Below, piece after piece: positions 46,849 through 55,719 of a DNA stretch of 64,000 bases. The position numbers were made by a program, and so were the translations under genes. Source of the stretch: Ilumatobacteraceae bacterium (GTDB lineage: Bacteria; Actinomycetota; Acidimicrobiia; Acidimicrobiales; Ilumatobacteraceae); contig CAVYYX010000001.1 in the NCBI GenBank assembly GCA_963772825.1, forward strand, positions 53,976-117,975, written 5' to 3'. Every line of letters starts with the position of its first letter. The first letter of the stretch is position 1. Under the pieces are notes generated by a model. That model saw only the letters and a list, made by a program, of their open reading frames with translations. It was not told the origin of the DNA and did not search any database.

Positions 46849-48168
46849 CTACTGGTAGGTGTACGACACGTAGCGCTCGCGTTCACGCCGTGCCGCGTTC
46901 GCCGACGACGCGGGTGCCACCTCGGAATAGCGCGTGGCCGCAAACCCGGGAGCGACGAGGAGCAGCCAGAAGATCGAGTGGTAGGCGATACGGCTCTCGG
47001 CGACGTTCTCGATGTACGCGAACATGCCCACCGCCGCCCACCACGCCATCGCCCAGCTCGTGCCCCCGAGCGCCTCCCACCACGTGCGCCCGAAGCCGAA
47101 CACGATGACGGCAAGCAGCAACACGACGCCGATCCCGCCGAGGTAGAGCAACGTCTCGATGAACGAGCTCTGGGCGCTGTCGAGCTGGCGTCCGGTGCGC
47201 TCGAGCAACTCCAGGCGGTTTGCCGGATCGTCCCAGAACGAGAACCAACCGAACCCGACCAGCCATCGATCCTCGACAGAGTCGACGGCGAATTCCCAGA
47301 TCTCCCGGCGGCCGCCCCGATCGTCGCCGCCGAGCGTCCCGGAAGTGATGCTGACGAGCCACGGGATGGCGACGACGACGAGGCCGACGACCATCGCACC
47401 GACTCCCCGCACCCGGTTCACCGGCACGCCGCGAGTGACGAGTCCGCGGCCGAACAGCAGCACGGCGAAGGCGCCGATGGCACCGCCGAGCGCCAGCCAA
47501 CCCGACGTGCTCGAGGCCCCGAGGGCGACGACGACGTCGATCCCGGCGCAGACCCCGAGGGCGATCCGCATCGGCAGGTCGTCGGTCAGCAGCCAGGCGC
47601 CAATCGCCGCCACGATGCCCAGCGTGGCGATCGGACTCAGCGTGCTGGGGTCGCCGAACAGGCCGATCCACTCCTTCTCGTCAGCCAGCCGCGCCGAATC
47701 GGCGACAAGCGACACGACGAACGACCCGAGCGACAGCACGTGCAAACCGATGAACAACGACCACACCTGTTGGCGGAACGTCAATCCGTAGCCGAACCAG
47801 ATCGCCGTGAGGATGACGAGCGACATCAACAACGCCTGTTGCGGCGTCCGGGCCGGCGACTCGGACCAGAACGCGGACATCAGCGCCCACACGGCGAGGG
47901 CGATCGGCGCCGCCAATGCGACGAGCAGCGACTCCGACCGGACGAGCGGGCGAGCCGTCATCGGGGCCACGACGTCGAGCATGAAGAACGCCGACCCGAG
48001 CAGCGCCGCTCCCCAAATCGAGTACACGAAGGGCCAACTGTCCAAGGCCAAGCGCTCGTCCGTCACCCACCTGTGGAGCGACACGAACGGTGCCGACGAC
48101 AGGCAGATGACGATCAGCGAGGCGGACGTGATGCGCACAAGATCGGCGGCGCCGCGTCGCATCGCCAC
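46849..48168 (-). CDS. O-antigen ligase / polymerase-like (Wzy_C domain) membrane protein
   Basis: At least 10 TM helices and an extracytoplasmic loop (GGRREIWEFAVDSVEDRWLVGFGWFSFWD) resembling the O-antigen ligase family loop. Confidence 0.7.
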   Translation of the reverse strand: MAMRRGAADLVRITSASLIVICLSSAPFVSLHRWVTDERLALDSWPFVYSIWGAALLGSAFFMLDVVAPMTARPLVRSESLLVALAAPIALAVWALMSAFWSESPARTPQQALLMSLVILTAIWFGYGLTFRQQVWSLFIGLHVLSLGSFVVSLVADSARLADEKEWIGLFGDPSTLSPIATLGIVAAIGAWLLTDDLPMRIALGVCAGIDVVVALGASSTSGWLALGGAIGAFAVLLFGRGLVTRGVPVNRVRGVGAMVVGLVVVAIPWLVSITSGTLGGDDRGGRREIWEFAVDSVEDRWLVGFGWFSFWDDPANRLELLERTGRQLDSAQSSFIETLLYLGGIGVVLLLAVIVFGFGRTWWEALGGTSWAMAWWAAVGMFAYIENVAESRIAYHSIFWLLLVAPGFAATRYSEVAPASSANAARRERERYVSYTYQ

Positions 48169-48172
48169 CTGT

Positions 48173-48988
48173 TCAGTTCCGTACCAAGTGGACGATCGTC
48201 AACATCCAAATGAACGCGGCGATGACGAGAAGGGCGACGCCGAGGCGTCGCTCGGCGTCGGGACCGAGGCGAACGGATGCACCGACGAAGGCCACGGCTC
48301 CGGCGACGATCCACGTGCCGCCGGACATGTCGACGTCACCGCGCCCGCGGATGATCACCCACGCGGCGACGATCATCACCGCCACCGCCAACGGGATCGT
48401 CGCCGCGATCCGGACAGCGCCAGCGACGAGCGCGGCGCCTGCAACGAGGCCGGCGGCGATCCACCAGACCAGCCAACCGGTGGCGGGCACGATCAGCCGT
48501 GCGTCGAGCGAGCCGACGCTGCTCCACAACAGCTCGCCAGTGCGTTTGGTCGTCTGACCCCACGTCAGCGATGTCAGCTGGTCCGACGTCGAGGCGGCCC
48601 ACGCCCCGAGGCCGAGGATCGCCGCGCAGATCGTCGCCACGGTGATCGTCGTCGTGTCTCGGCCCCACCACGCCAAGGCCACCGCACCGCACGACACGAG
48701 CACGGCGACTGCCCCCCATTGGGCGCCGGCGGCCACGGCCGCCAGGGCTGCCGGGGTGACGGCGATGCCCAGCGCCCCGGCGGCGAGCAGCGCTCCACGT
48801 CGAATCGTCAGGGCGAGGGTGACCGCCAGCACAGCGACCGGGACGACGGTGAACAGCATTCGAGCGGCGATGCCCGGGCGGTCGTCGACCAGCACCGCCA
48901 GCGCTCCGCCGAGCACCATCACGGCGGCGGCGATCGCCCACGCCAGACGGTCGCGCAGCAGCGGCACGAGGTCTGCTGAGGGCGACAT
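48173..48988 (-). CDS. Polytopic membrane protein, function unknown
   Basis: Ala/Gly/Val-rich protein with about 8 TM helices. Start taken at ATG 48988 (MSPSADLVPLL). Confidence 0.45.
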   Translation of the reverse strand: MSPSADLVPLLRDRLAWAIAAAVMVLGGALAVLVDDRPGIAARMLFTVVPVAVLAVTLALTIRRGALLAAGALGIAVTPAALAAVAAGAQWGAVAVLVSCGAVALAWWGRDTTTITVATICAAILGLGAWAASTSDQLTSLTWGQTTKRTGELLWSSVGSLDARLIVPATGWLVWWIAAGLVAGAALVAGAVRIAATIPLAVAVMIVAAWVIIRGRGDVDMSGGTWIVAGAVAFVGASVRLGPDAERRLGVALLVIAAFIWMLTIVHLVRN

Positions 48989-49008
48989 CGATCGTTCTGC
49001 GGCAGCGG

Positions 49009-50637
49009 TCACGGCACATCCCTGGTGAATGGCCGGCGGGACGGGGGGAGCTCGAGGAAATCGTGACGTCGAGGCACAAGATTGGGGTTGTAGTACGGAT
49101 CGTTGGTCAGCTCGGCCGGCCAGCGGGCATCGAGCCACGCCCGTTCACCGGGGAGCACCCGACTGTCGCGGGTGCGGCTCTCGAAGTGGTACCACACCGC
49201 CCAGGGCGACCACACGATGCGATGGCCGGCCCGACGGAGCTTCAGCGAGAAATCGACGTCGTTGTAGCTGAGCGGCAGCTCGACGGGGAACCCGCCGACT
49301 TCGTGAAAGGCGGCCTTGCGTACCAACGCACACGCGGCGGTGACGCCGCTGCACTCCCGTTCGACGGCGAGCGGTCGCAATGGCAACGGGCCCGGTGAAT
49401 CTCCTCGCCATCCGACGCAGACGTGGTTGGGCTGGCCGGAGTACACGTGGCCGCCGTGTTGCAAGGTGCCATCCGCGAACAGCAGCTTGGCCCCGGCCAT
49501 CGCCACATCTGTCATCTGTAGGTGGCCGACGAGCACCTCGACGCTGGCCGGCTCGACGAGCTCGGTGTCGTCGTTGAGCAAGAGGAGCAGCTCGCCGCTC
49601 GCGTGCTCGACACCGAGGTTGACCTTTGCCGAGAAGTTGAACGTCGCGTCGTAGGGTACGAAGGTCGTGGCGACGTCGGGAATCGCGGCGAGGCAAGCCA
49701 GCACTGACGACGGCGTCTCGGCGTCGTGCACGATGACGAACTCCAGTTGCTGGTACGTCGAACGCTCGACGAGACTCCGCACGGCCTCATAGACGTAGCA
49801 ACGGGTCGTCCCCCAGACGCGGCCGCACGTACCCTGGGTGGGGATGATGACGCTCACCACCGGATGCGCTCGGAGCCGGCGGGAGACGCGATAGCAACCA
49901 TCGTTGGCGGTCGGCTCGACGGCCGCGTCGATGCCGACCCGCGCACAGTGATCGGCGACGGCACGAGCACCGGCGGCCACCGCTGGGTCGTCCTCGCCTG
50001 AATCAGCGGGCGACGCCGCGCCTCGGTGGCTGAGGATGCGCGGCAGGTGGGCGACGCGGCGGGCGTGCTCGGTGAGTCGCAGCACGTAGTCGTAGTCGTC
50101 GGCGCCTTGATAGCCGCCGCGGAACCCGCCGGCGGCGTCCACGACGGCGCGGCGGGCGACGACGAGGCTGTCGATGTAGTTGTGGGCACGCAGCCGCTCA
50201 GGCGAATAGGCGGGCTTGAACGACGGCGTGACGTGGTCGCCTTCGGGGTCGATGACGTCGTGATCGCCGTAGGCGACGTCGACGTCTCCCGCCGCGAACG
50301 CTGCGTCGAGTGCAGCCAACGCGTCGGGCTCGAGGATGTCGTCCGCATCCAGGACGGCGATCAACTCACCCGACGACGCGGCGAGGGCGTCGCAACGTGC
50401 GGCCACCGGCCCACCGCGGCTGGAGCGGTGGACCACTCGCACACGACGGTCTTTGGCGGCTGCCTCGGCGAGCATCGGGGCGACCCACGCCGCGGTCGAG
50501 CCATCGTCGACGATCACCTGTTCCCAGCCGACGAACGTTTGCGCCCGCACCGACTCGAGGCAGTCCCGGAGGTGCGCCCGATCGGGGTCGCAGACGAGCG
50601 TCAGGACGGAGAAGCGAGGACGAACTACGGTCGTCAT
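49009..50637 (-). CDS. Two-domain family 2 glycosyltransferase
   Basis: First GT2 module: FSVLTLVCDPD...QVIVDDGS...LDADD. Second module: VSVIIPTQG...VIVHDAE...LLNDDTE. 542 aa, intact. Confidence 0.85.
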   Translation of the reverse strand: MTTVVRPRFSVLTLVCDPDRAHLRDCLESVRAQTFVGWEQVIVDDGSTAAWVAPMLAEAAAKDRRVRVVHRSSRGGPVAARCDALAASSGELIAVLDADDILEPDALAALDAAFAAGDVDVAYGDHDVIDPEGDHVTPSFKPAYSPERLRAHNYIDSLVVARRAVVDAAGGFRGGYQGADDYDYVLRLTEHARRVAHLPRILSHRGAASPADSGEDDPAVAAGARAVADHCARVGIDAAVEPTANDGCYRVSRRLRAHPVVSVIIPTQGTCGRVWGTTRCYVYEAVRSLVERSTYQQLEFVIVHDAETPSSVLACLAAIPDVATTFVPYDATFNFSAKVNLGVEHASGELLLLLNDDTELVEPASVEVLVGHLQMTDVAMAGAKLLFADGTLQHGGHVYSGQPNHVCVGWRGDSPGPLPLRPLAVERECSGVTAACALVRKAAFHEVGGFPVELPLSYNDVDFSLKLRRAGHRIVWSPWAVWYHFESRTRDSRVLPGERAWLDARWPAELTNDPYYNPNLVPRRHDFLELPPSRRPFTRDVP

Positions 50638-50642
50638 GCGGC

Positions 50643-50979
50643 TCAGCGGACGCCGGCCGCGCCAGCCGAGAAGCGGCGCCGCCGGCGCGCCGTGCGGAAG
50701 GCGCGGCCGAGGAACGTCCCGCTGAGCAGGTTCTTGACCTGCCGTATCAAGTGGGCGAAGGCCGGCGCTCCGACCAGCGCCCGGTCGAGCGCGGCGTAGG
50801 CCTCGGCGAGCTCGCCGCGTAGCTCGCCCGCCGCCTGTTCGGCGGACTTGGCGGCATCGCGGGCGGAGAGGACGTCGGACCTGAGGTCGTCGTAGGACTG
50901 CTCGCACGGCCCGACGAGGCGCCGCAACCGCTCGACCTCGGCGCGCAGGGGGGCGACCTCGGCGTCGATGTCGACCATC
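50643..50979 (-). CDS. Small coiled-coil protein (112 aa)
   Basis: The heptad-like sequence MVDIDAEVAPLRAEVERLRRLVGPCEQSYDDLRSDVLSARDAAKSAEQAAGELRGELAEAYAALD ends 5 nt before the GT start. The longer ORF-track N-terminus looks non-coding. Confidence 0.45.
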
Positions 50980-51048
50980 GTCGGCGAGTGTACAAGGGAC
51001 TCCGCGATGGATTGAGGGCACGGATCCGGCCTCGTTAGCCTCCCAGCC

Positions 51049-52641
51049 GTGGTCGACGAGCGGCGTCCCCCGGCGCAGCGCCGGCAACATCTACTGCTCG
51101 TCGCGCTCGTCGCCGGGATCGCCTTGTGTTGGATCCTGCTCACCCCGCCCGGCGCCGGTGCCGACGAGCCGGGGCACCTCGTGCGTGCCGGAGCGCTGGC
51201 CCACGGCCAGGTCGACGGCAGCGACATCGGCTCGGCTCGCTTCGACGGCTTCGACGTGCCCGCCACCTACCGCGTGCCGGACCCGGAGTGCTACGCCCAC
51301 CACCCCGCCGTGCCCGTGAGCTGCGCTCCCGCGGCGGAGGTGTCGAACGCGACGGTGACGTTGCCGTCGAGCGCCGGCGAATACCCGATCTGGGGTCACC
51401 TGCCGGGCGGCCTGCTCAGCCGCCTCCCCGGCCTGGCACCGATCTGGTGGGCGCGGATCGGCGGCGCGGCGCTGGCCGTTGCGCTCGTTGCGAGCGCCCT
51501 GTGGCTGGTCACGCCGCGGCGGCCGCTCGGCGCCGCCGCGCTGCTCGTCGCCGTCACCCCGATGGCGTGGTCGGTCTTTGCCAACGTCAACCCTTCGGCA
51601 ATGGCGATCAGCGGGGGACTCGCGCTCTGGGCGGGACTGCTGTACGGCGGTGCTCTCCCCGTGTCGTCAGCGGCCTGGCTCACCAGCTTCGGCTGGGCAG
51701 CCCTCGCCCTCCCCCGCCGCGACGGCCTGATCTGGGCGTGCGCCGCGCTGGTGGTCGCCCTCGGCCATTCCGGCCGGACGGCGACCGAGTGGTGGCGGTC
51801 GCTCGACCTCGGGCCCCGCGTCGTCATCGCCGTCTCGACGGTGATCGCCGTGGGATGGGGTGTCACCAACGACTCGAGAGTCTCCCGGTTCGTCGCCGCC
51901 GCCCCGCTCATCGTCGTCGCCGGCGAGGTCGTGCGGTGGACCTGGCGCGAGCGAGTGACCACGCGCGCCGCACGACTCGTGTTCCTCGCGAGCCTGGCGA
52001 CGATCGGCGGTGCCATCACGGCGGTCGTCTTGACCCGGCGCCCTGGCGGGTGGGACCGCGATCTCGCGACGCGCATCGTCGGCGAGACCGGCTACAACTT
52101 CATCGAGGCGATCGGGCGGCTCGGCTGGCTGGACCTGCCCTTGCCGGCGGCCACGGTCGCGCTCACCTGCGCGGCGATCGGCCTGCTCGGTGCGGCGTCG
52201 TTGACGATGGATTCGGCACCGGCGATCTGGGCGGCAGGCCTGCTCGTCGTCACCGCCGCATCGTCATGGCTGTTCGAGCTGTTCCAGGGCAACACGACCG
52301 GGACCTATTGGCAGGGCCGTTACTCACTGCCCCTGCTGGTCGGCGTCCCGCTGTTGCTCGGCCTCGCCCGCCTCCCAGCCGTGGCCGCCGCGCGGATCGC
52401 CTGTTGCGTAGGCGGCACCGCCCTCGTCGTGCTCAACGTGGCAGCCTGGGCAGCGGCGCGGCGCTGGGGCGTCGGCATCGACGGATCGATGATGCCGTGG
52501 ACCTGGGACACGGTCCACGCCCCGCTGCCGCCCATCGTGGTGCTCGCCGCACTGGCCGCACTGTCCGCTGCGCTGGCGGCGACGCTGTGGCGGATCGCCG
52601 CACCGGCAGGCGTGGGTCGCGCATCCCTCGACCGTGCCTGA
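51049..52641 (+). CDS. DUF2142-like polytopic membrane protein (glycan-locus associated)
   Basis: N-terminal GADEPGHLVRAGALAHGQ motif after the first TM helix, then at least 10 TM helices. Divergent from the GT operon. Confidence 0.6.
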   Translation: MVDERRPPAQRRQHLLLVALVAGIALCWILLTPPGAGADEPGHLVRAGALAHGQVDGSDIGSARFDGFDVPATYRVPDPECYAHHPAVPVSCAPAAEVSNATVTLPSSAGEYPIWGHLPGGLLSRLPGLAPIWWARIGGAALAVALVASALWLVTPRRPLGAAALLVAVTPMAWSVFANVNPSAMAISGGLALWAGLLYGGALPVSSAAWLTSFGWAALALPRRDGLIWACAALVVALGHSGRTATEWWRSLDLGPRVVIAVSTVIAVGWGVTNDSRVSRFVAAAPLIVVAGEVVRWTWRERVTTRAARLVFLASLATIGGAITAVVLTRRPGGWDRDLATRIVGETGYNFIEAIGRLGWLDLPLPAATVALTCAAIGLLGAASLTMDSAPAIWAAGLLVVTAASSWLFELFQGNTTGTYWQGRYSLPLLVGVPLLLGLARLPAVAAARIACCVGGTALVVLNVAAWAAARRWGVGIDGSMMPWTWDTVHAPLPPIVVLAALAALSAALAATLWRIAAPAGVGRASLDRA

Positions 52642-52792
52642 TTCGCCGAGTTCCGGGGACACGGCCGTCGTGTCTTTGGCATGGTTGGCGCCACCAACGT
52701 CGCCAACGCGACCAAAGAGTTCAGGTCCGCGAGTTCCGTACACTCTGTCTGCCGTGGAAGCCACTGCCTCCGAGCTCCAAAGGTGAACGTCG

Positions 52793-54595
52793 ATGCCGCT
52801 TGAACCTGGTCGAATCGTCGACCAGTACCAACTCGATCAGACGATCCATCGCGGTCGGGCGACGATCGTGTATGCCGCCACGGACCTCGGGCTCGGGCGC
52901 AAGGTCGCGTTCAAGGTGCTCAGCGACCGCTATGTCACCGACGAGGTGATCCGCCAGCGGTTCGTCAACGAGGCGCAGGTGGCGGCGTCGCTGGACGGCC
53001 ACCCGCACATCGTCACCGTGTACAAGTGGGGCGAGTTCGAGGGCTCGATGTACTTCGTCACCGAGCTGATCGACGGCATCAGCCTCGCCGAGTTGCTCGA
53101 GCGCCAGCCAGGCGGGCGGCCGTTGCAGCCCAACGAGGCGCTCGAACTGCTGGCCCAGATCGCCGACGCCCTCGACTTCGCCCACAAGCGCGGGGCGATC
53201 CACCGCGACGTCAAGCCGGCCAACGTGATGGTCAAGATGACCGACACACCGCGGTCGGCGTACCTCGTCGACTTCGGCATCACCAAGATGGACGACGGCG
53301 AGACCGGTCCGCAGGGGATGTTCCTCGGCACGCCGGACTATGCGTCGCCCGAGCAGATCTCGGGTGCCCAGGCGCTCGACCGGCGCTCTGACGTCTACTC
53401 GCTCGCCTGCACGGCGTTCGAGGTGCTCACGGGTCGGCCGCCGTTCGGCGACGCCCCGAACGACGCGGCACGCATCGCCTCGCACCTGCAGAGCCCGGTG
53501 CCGAGCGCCCGGTCGCTGCGCCCCGAACTGCCCCCCGCCGTCGACGACGTGTTCGCCAAGGCGCTGGCCAAGAACCGCGAGGATCGTTACGGCAGCTGCG
53601 GCGAGTTCGTGCGCGAGCTGCGCAACGTGTTCCCGGCCGGCACGCACATCTTCCGCCGCCCGGCGCCTCCCGGGGCCGACCTGCCACCACCGTCGCTTTA
53701 CACGCCGGACATGGCGCCGCGCCGCAAGTGGCCGTGGGTCGTCGTCGGTGTCGCCTTCGCCGTGCTGGCGACGTCGGTGGCCTACTTCGTCACGACCAAC
53801 CGCGATCCCAACATCGGCGTCGGCGTGAGTCCGCCGCTCACGACCACGACCACGACGACGACGACGACCACGACGACCACGACGACCACGACGACCACGA
53901 CGACCGTGCCGCCATCGACGACCTCGCCGGGGCCGTTTGGCCCGATCGGCCCCGCGGTGGCGGCCTCGGATTCACCGGAGGCCGGCTACGCGGTCGGCGT
54001 ACACACGCGACAGGTCGGCGCCGACCTCGCAGTGCCCGGCTCGGCAGCGCTGATCTATGCAGAGTGGGCCCGGCTCGTCGCCGGCGCCGAGCCGGCGGAT
54101 GGACAGGTGCGCAGCCTGGAGGACGACGGATTCTTGGTCACCGTCGATGAACAGGTCGCCTTGCGCGACATCCAGCTGGACGGAGCCGGGAAGGCGACCG
54201 ACGTCCGCGAGTGCCTGCCCGGCAACCGCTGCCCATTCATCTCCGACGTGCTCCAGCCCGACAGCGAATGCGAACCTGCCATCGGCTGCGCGACGGTTGA
54301 CTCCGCCAGCGGGACGCTGCGCGCCATCCACGTCGCAACGCTGCTGAACCGCCGGCCGTCCGTCTACTACGTCTACCAGCTGCGAACCGAGCGGGAGATC
54401 ACTGCCATCCTCGAACCGGGAGGAAGCGCCAAGTGGGACGGCAAGAGCGACTACCTCGTGCTGAGCTTCGGCGGACTCCCACCCGCCTACTCGACGGAGA
54501 CCCTCACGGTGTCCTACGCGGACGGTGGAACGGATCAGCTGATCATGAGCTTCGAGATTCCTCTGTCGGCGTCGACGACGACCACCGCGTCCTAG
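52793..54595 (+). CDS. Ser/Thr protein kinase with one TM helix, poly-Thr linker and extracellular domain
   Basis: Kinase subdomains: VAFKVL, HRDVKPANVM, DFGITK, GTPDYASPE. TM helix WPWVVVGVAFAVLATSVAYFV. About 22 consecutive Thr. Confidence 0.9.
   Translation: MPLEPGRIVDQYQLDQTIHRGRATIVYAATDLGLGRKVAFKVLSDRYVTDEVIRQRFVNEAQVAASLDGHPHIVTVYKWGEFEGSMYFVTELIDGISLAELLERQPGGRPLQPNEALELLAQIADALDFAHKRGAIHRDVKPANVMVKMTDTPRSAYLVDFGITKMDDGETGPQGMFLGTPDYASPEQISGAQALDRRSDVYSLACTAFEVLTGRPPFGDAPNDAARIASHLQSPVPSARSLRPELPPAVDDVFAKALAKNREDRYGSCGEFVRELRNVFPAGTHIFRRPAPPGADLPPPSLYTPDMAPRRKWPWVVVGVAFAVLATSVAYFVTTNRDPNIGVGVSPPLTTTTTTTTTTTTTTTTTTTTTTVPPSTTSPGPFGPIGPAVAASDSPEAGYAVGVHTRQVGADLAVPGSAALIYAEWARLVAGAEPADGQVRSLEDDGFLVTVDEQVALRDIQLDGAGKATDVRECLPGNRCPFISDVLQPDSECEPAIGCATVDSASGTLRAIHVATLLNRRPSVYYVYQLRTEREITAILEPGGSAKWDGKSDYLVLSFGGLPPAYSTETLTVSYADGGTDQLIMSFEIPLSASTTTTAS
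53840..53905 (+). repeat. (ACG/ACC)22 poly-threonine coding microsatellite
   Basis: 22 consecutive Thr codons were read directly. Confidence 0.9.
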
Positions 54596-54647
54596 CGGGG
54601 GCTGCGCCCCGGGCCATCGCCGACCGGCTCGCTGGCTCGCGGTCGGC
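54596..54647. repeat. Interspersed repeat family B, copy 2
   Basis: GCGGGGGCTGCGCCCCGGGCCATCGCCGACCGGCTCGCTGGCTCGCGGTCGGC begins directly after the kinase stop. Confidence 0.6.
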
Positions 54648-54737
54648 GCTCTGCTGGTCCAGAACTGTCACAATGTCACGACCTCTGGGGCCGAGCAGAG
54701 CGAGCGACGCTCGCCGAGATATCGTTCTGTCCCCGCC

Positions 54738-55637
54738 ATGGTCGACGTCGCTTCCCCTGACGCGGGTACCGCCGAGCTGCGCCCGATGTCGGGCCGGCGC
54801 TCACCGCTCGCTCATGTCCGCGAGATCATCGGCTACCGCGAGCTGCTTGTCATGCTCGTGCGCAAGGAGCTGGCCGTTCGCTACAAGAACTCGGTGCTCG
54901 GCTTCACGTGGTCGATGCTTCAGCCGCTGTTCCTGCTCGTCGTGTACACCGCCGTGTTCGCGATCCTCGGCGCCGGCTTCGCCCGCTTCGCCATCTGGGT
55001 GCTCTGCGGACTGCTGATCTGGACGCTGATCTCGTCGAGCATGATCACGGCGACGGTGTCGATCACGTCCAACGCCCCGCTCGTCGGCAAGGTCAAGTTT
55101 CCGCGGGCCGTACTACCGCTGGCGAGCGTCGGCGGCGCCCTCGTCCACTTCTTCCTGCAGATCATCGCGTTCGCCGTCGTGCTCCTGGTGACCCGACACT
55201 CCGTTGACTGGACCTACGTCTGGCTGCTGCCGATCGCCCTCGCGACGTGCCTCGTCGTGTGCGCCGCCCTCGCCCTGCTGCTCGCCCCGAGCAACGTCTA
55301 CGCCCGCGACACGATGCACCTCCTCGAGCTGCTCGTGCTCGGCTGGTTCTGGGCGACGCCGATCCTCTACGAGTACATGCGGGCCGCAACCTGGCTCGAC
55401 TCCAAAGGGATCGACGGCGACCTCCAGCTCATCAACCCGGCGACGCCGATCGTGATCACGTTCCAGCGGGCGCTGTACGGGACGAGCAGTGTCGGCGACC
55501 GCCAGTTGCTCCCGGACAATGGGCCGCTGTGGTACCTCGGCGTGCTCGCTGCCACGGCGGCGATCTGGGCGTGCGTCGGCTATCTCGCCCTGCGACTGTT
55601 CGACCGCGCCGACGTCAACATGGCGGAAACCTTATGA
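54738..55637 (+). CDS. wzm: ABC-2-type polysaccharide/teichoic-acid export permease
   Basis: YRELLVMLVRKELAVRYKNSVLGFTWSMLQPL signature and six TM helices. Alternative start at ATG 54786. Confidence 0.85.
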   Translation: MVDVASPDAGTAELRPMSGRRSPLAHVREIIGYRELLVMLVRKELAVRYKNSVLGFTWSMLQPLFLLVVYTAVFAILGAGFARFAIWVLCGLLIWTLISSSMITATVSITSNAPLVGKVKFPRAVLPLASVGGALVHFFLQIIAFAVVLLVTRHSVDWTYVWLLPIALATCLVVCAALALLLAPSNVYARDTMHLLELLVLGWFWATPILYEYMRAATWLDSKGIDGDLQLINPATPIVITFQRALYGTSSVGDRQLLPDNGPLWYLGVLAATAAIWACVGYLALRLFDRADVNMAETL

Positions 55638-55638
55638 A

Positions 55639-55696
55639 TGCGTTCCCGGGCCACGCAGGCCCGTGCTGGCCGCTCCTCGGCTGGCGCCTCGTCGCT
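55639..55696 (+). repeat. Interspersed repeat family A, copy 2 (wzm-wzt intergenic)
   Basis: TGCGTTCCCGGGCCACGCAGGCCCGTGCTGGCCGCTCCTCGGCTGGCGCCTCGTCGCT. Confidence 0.7.
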
Positions 55697-55719
55697 CCCG
55701 ACCGTAGACGGGTTCGGCG

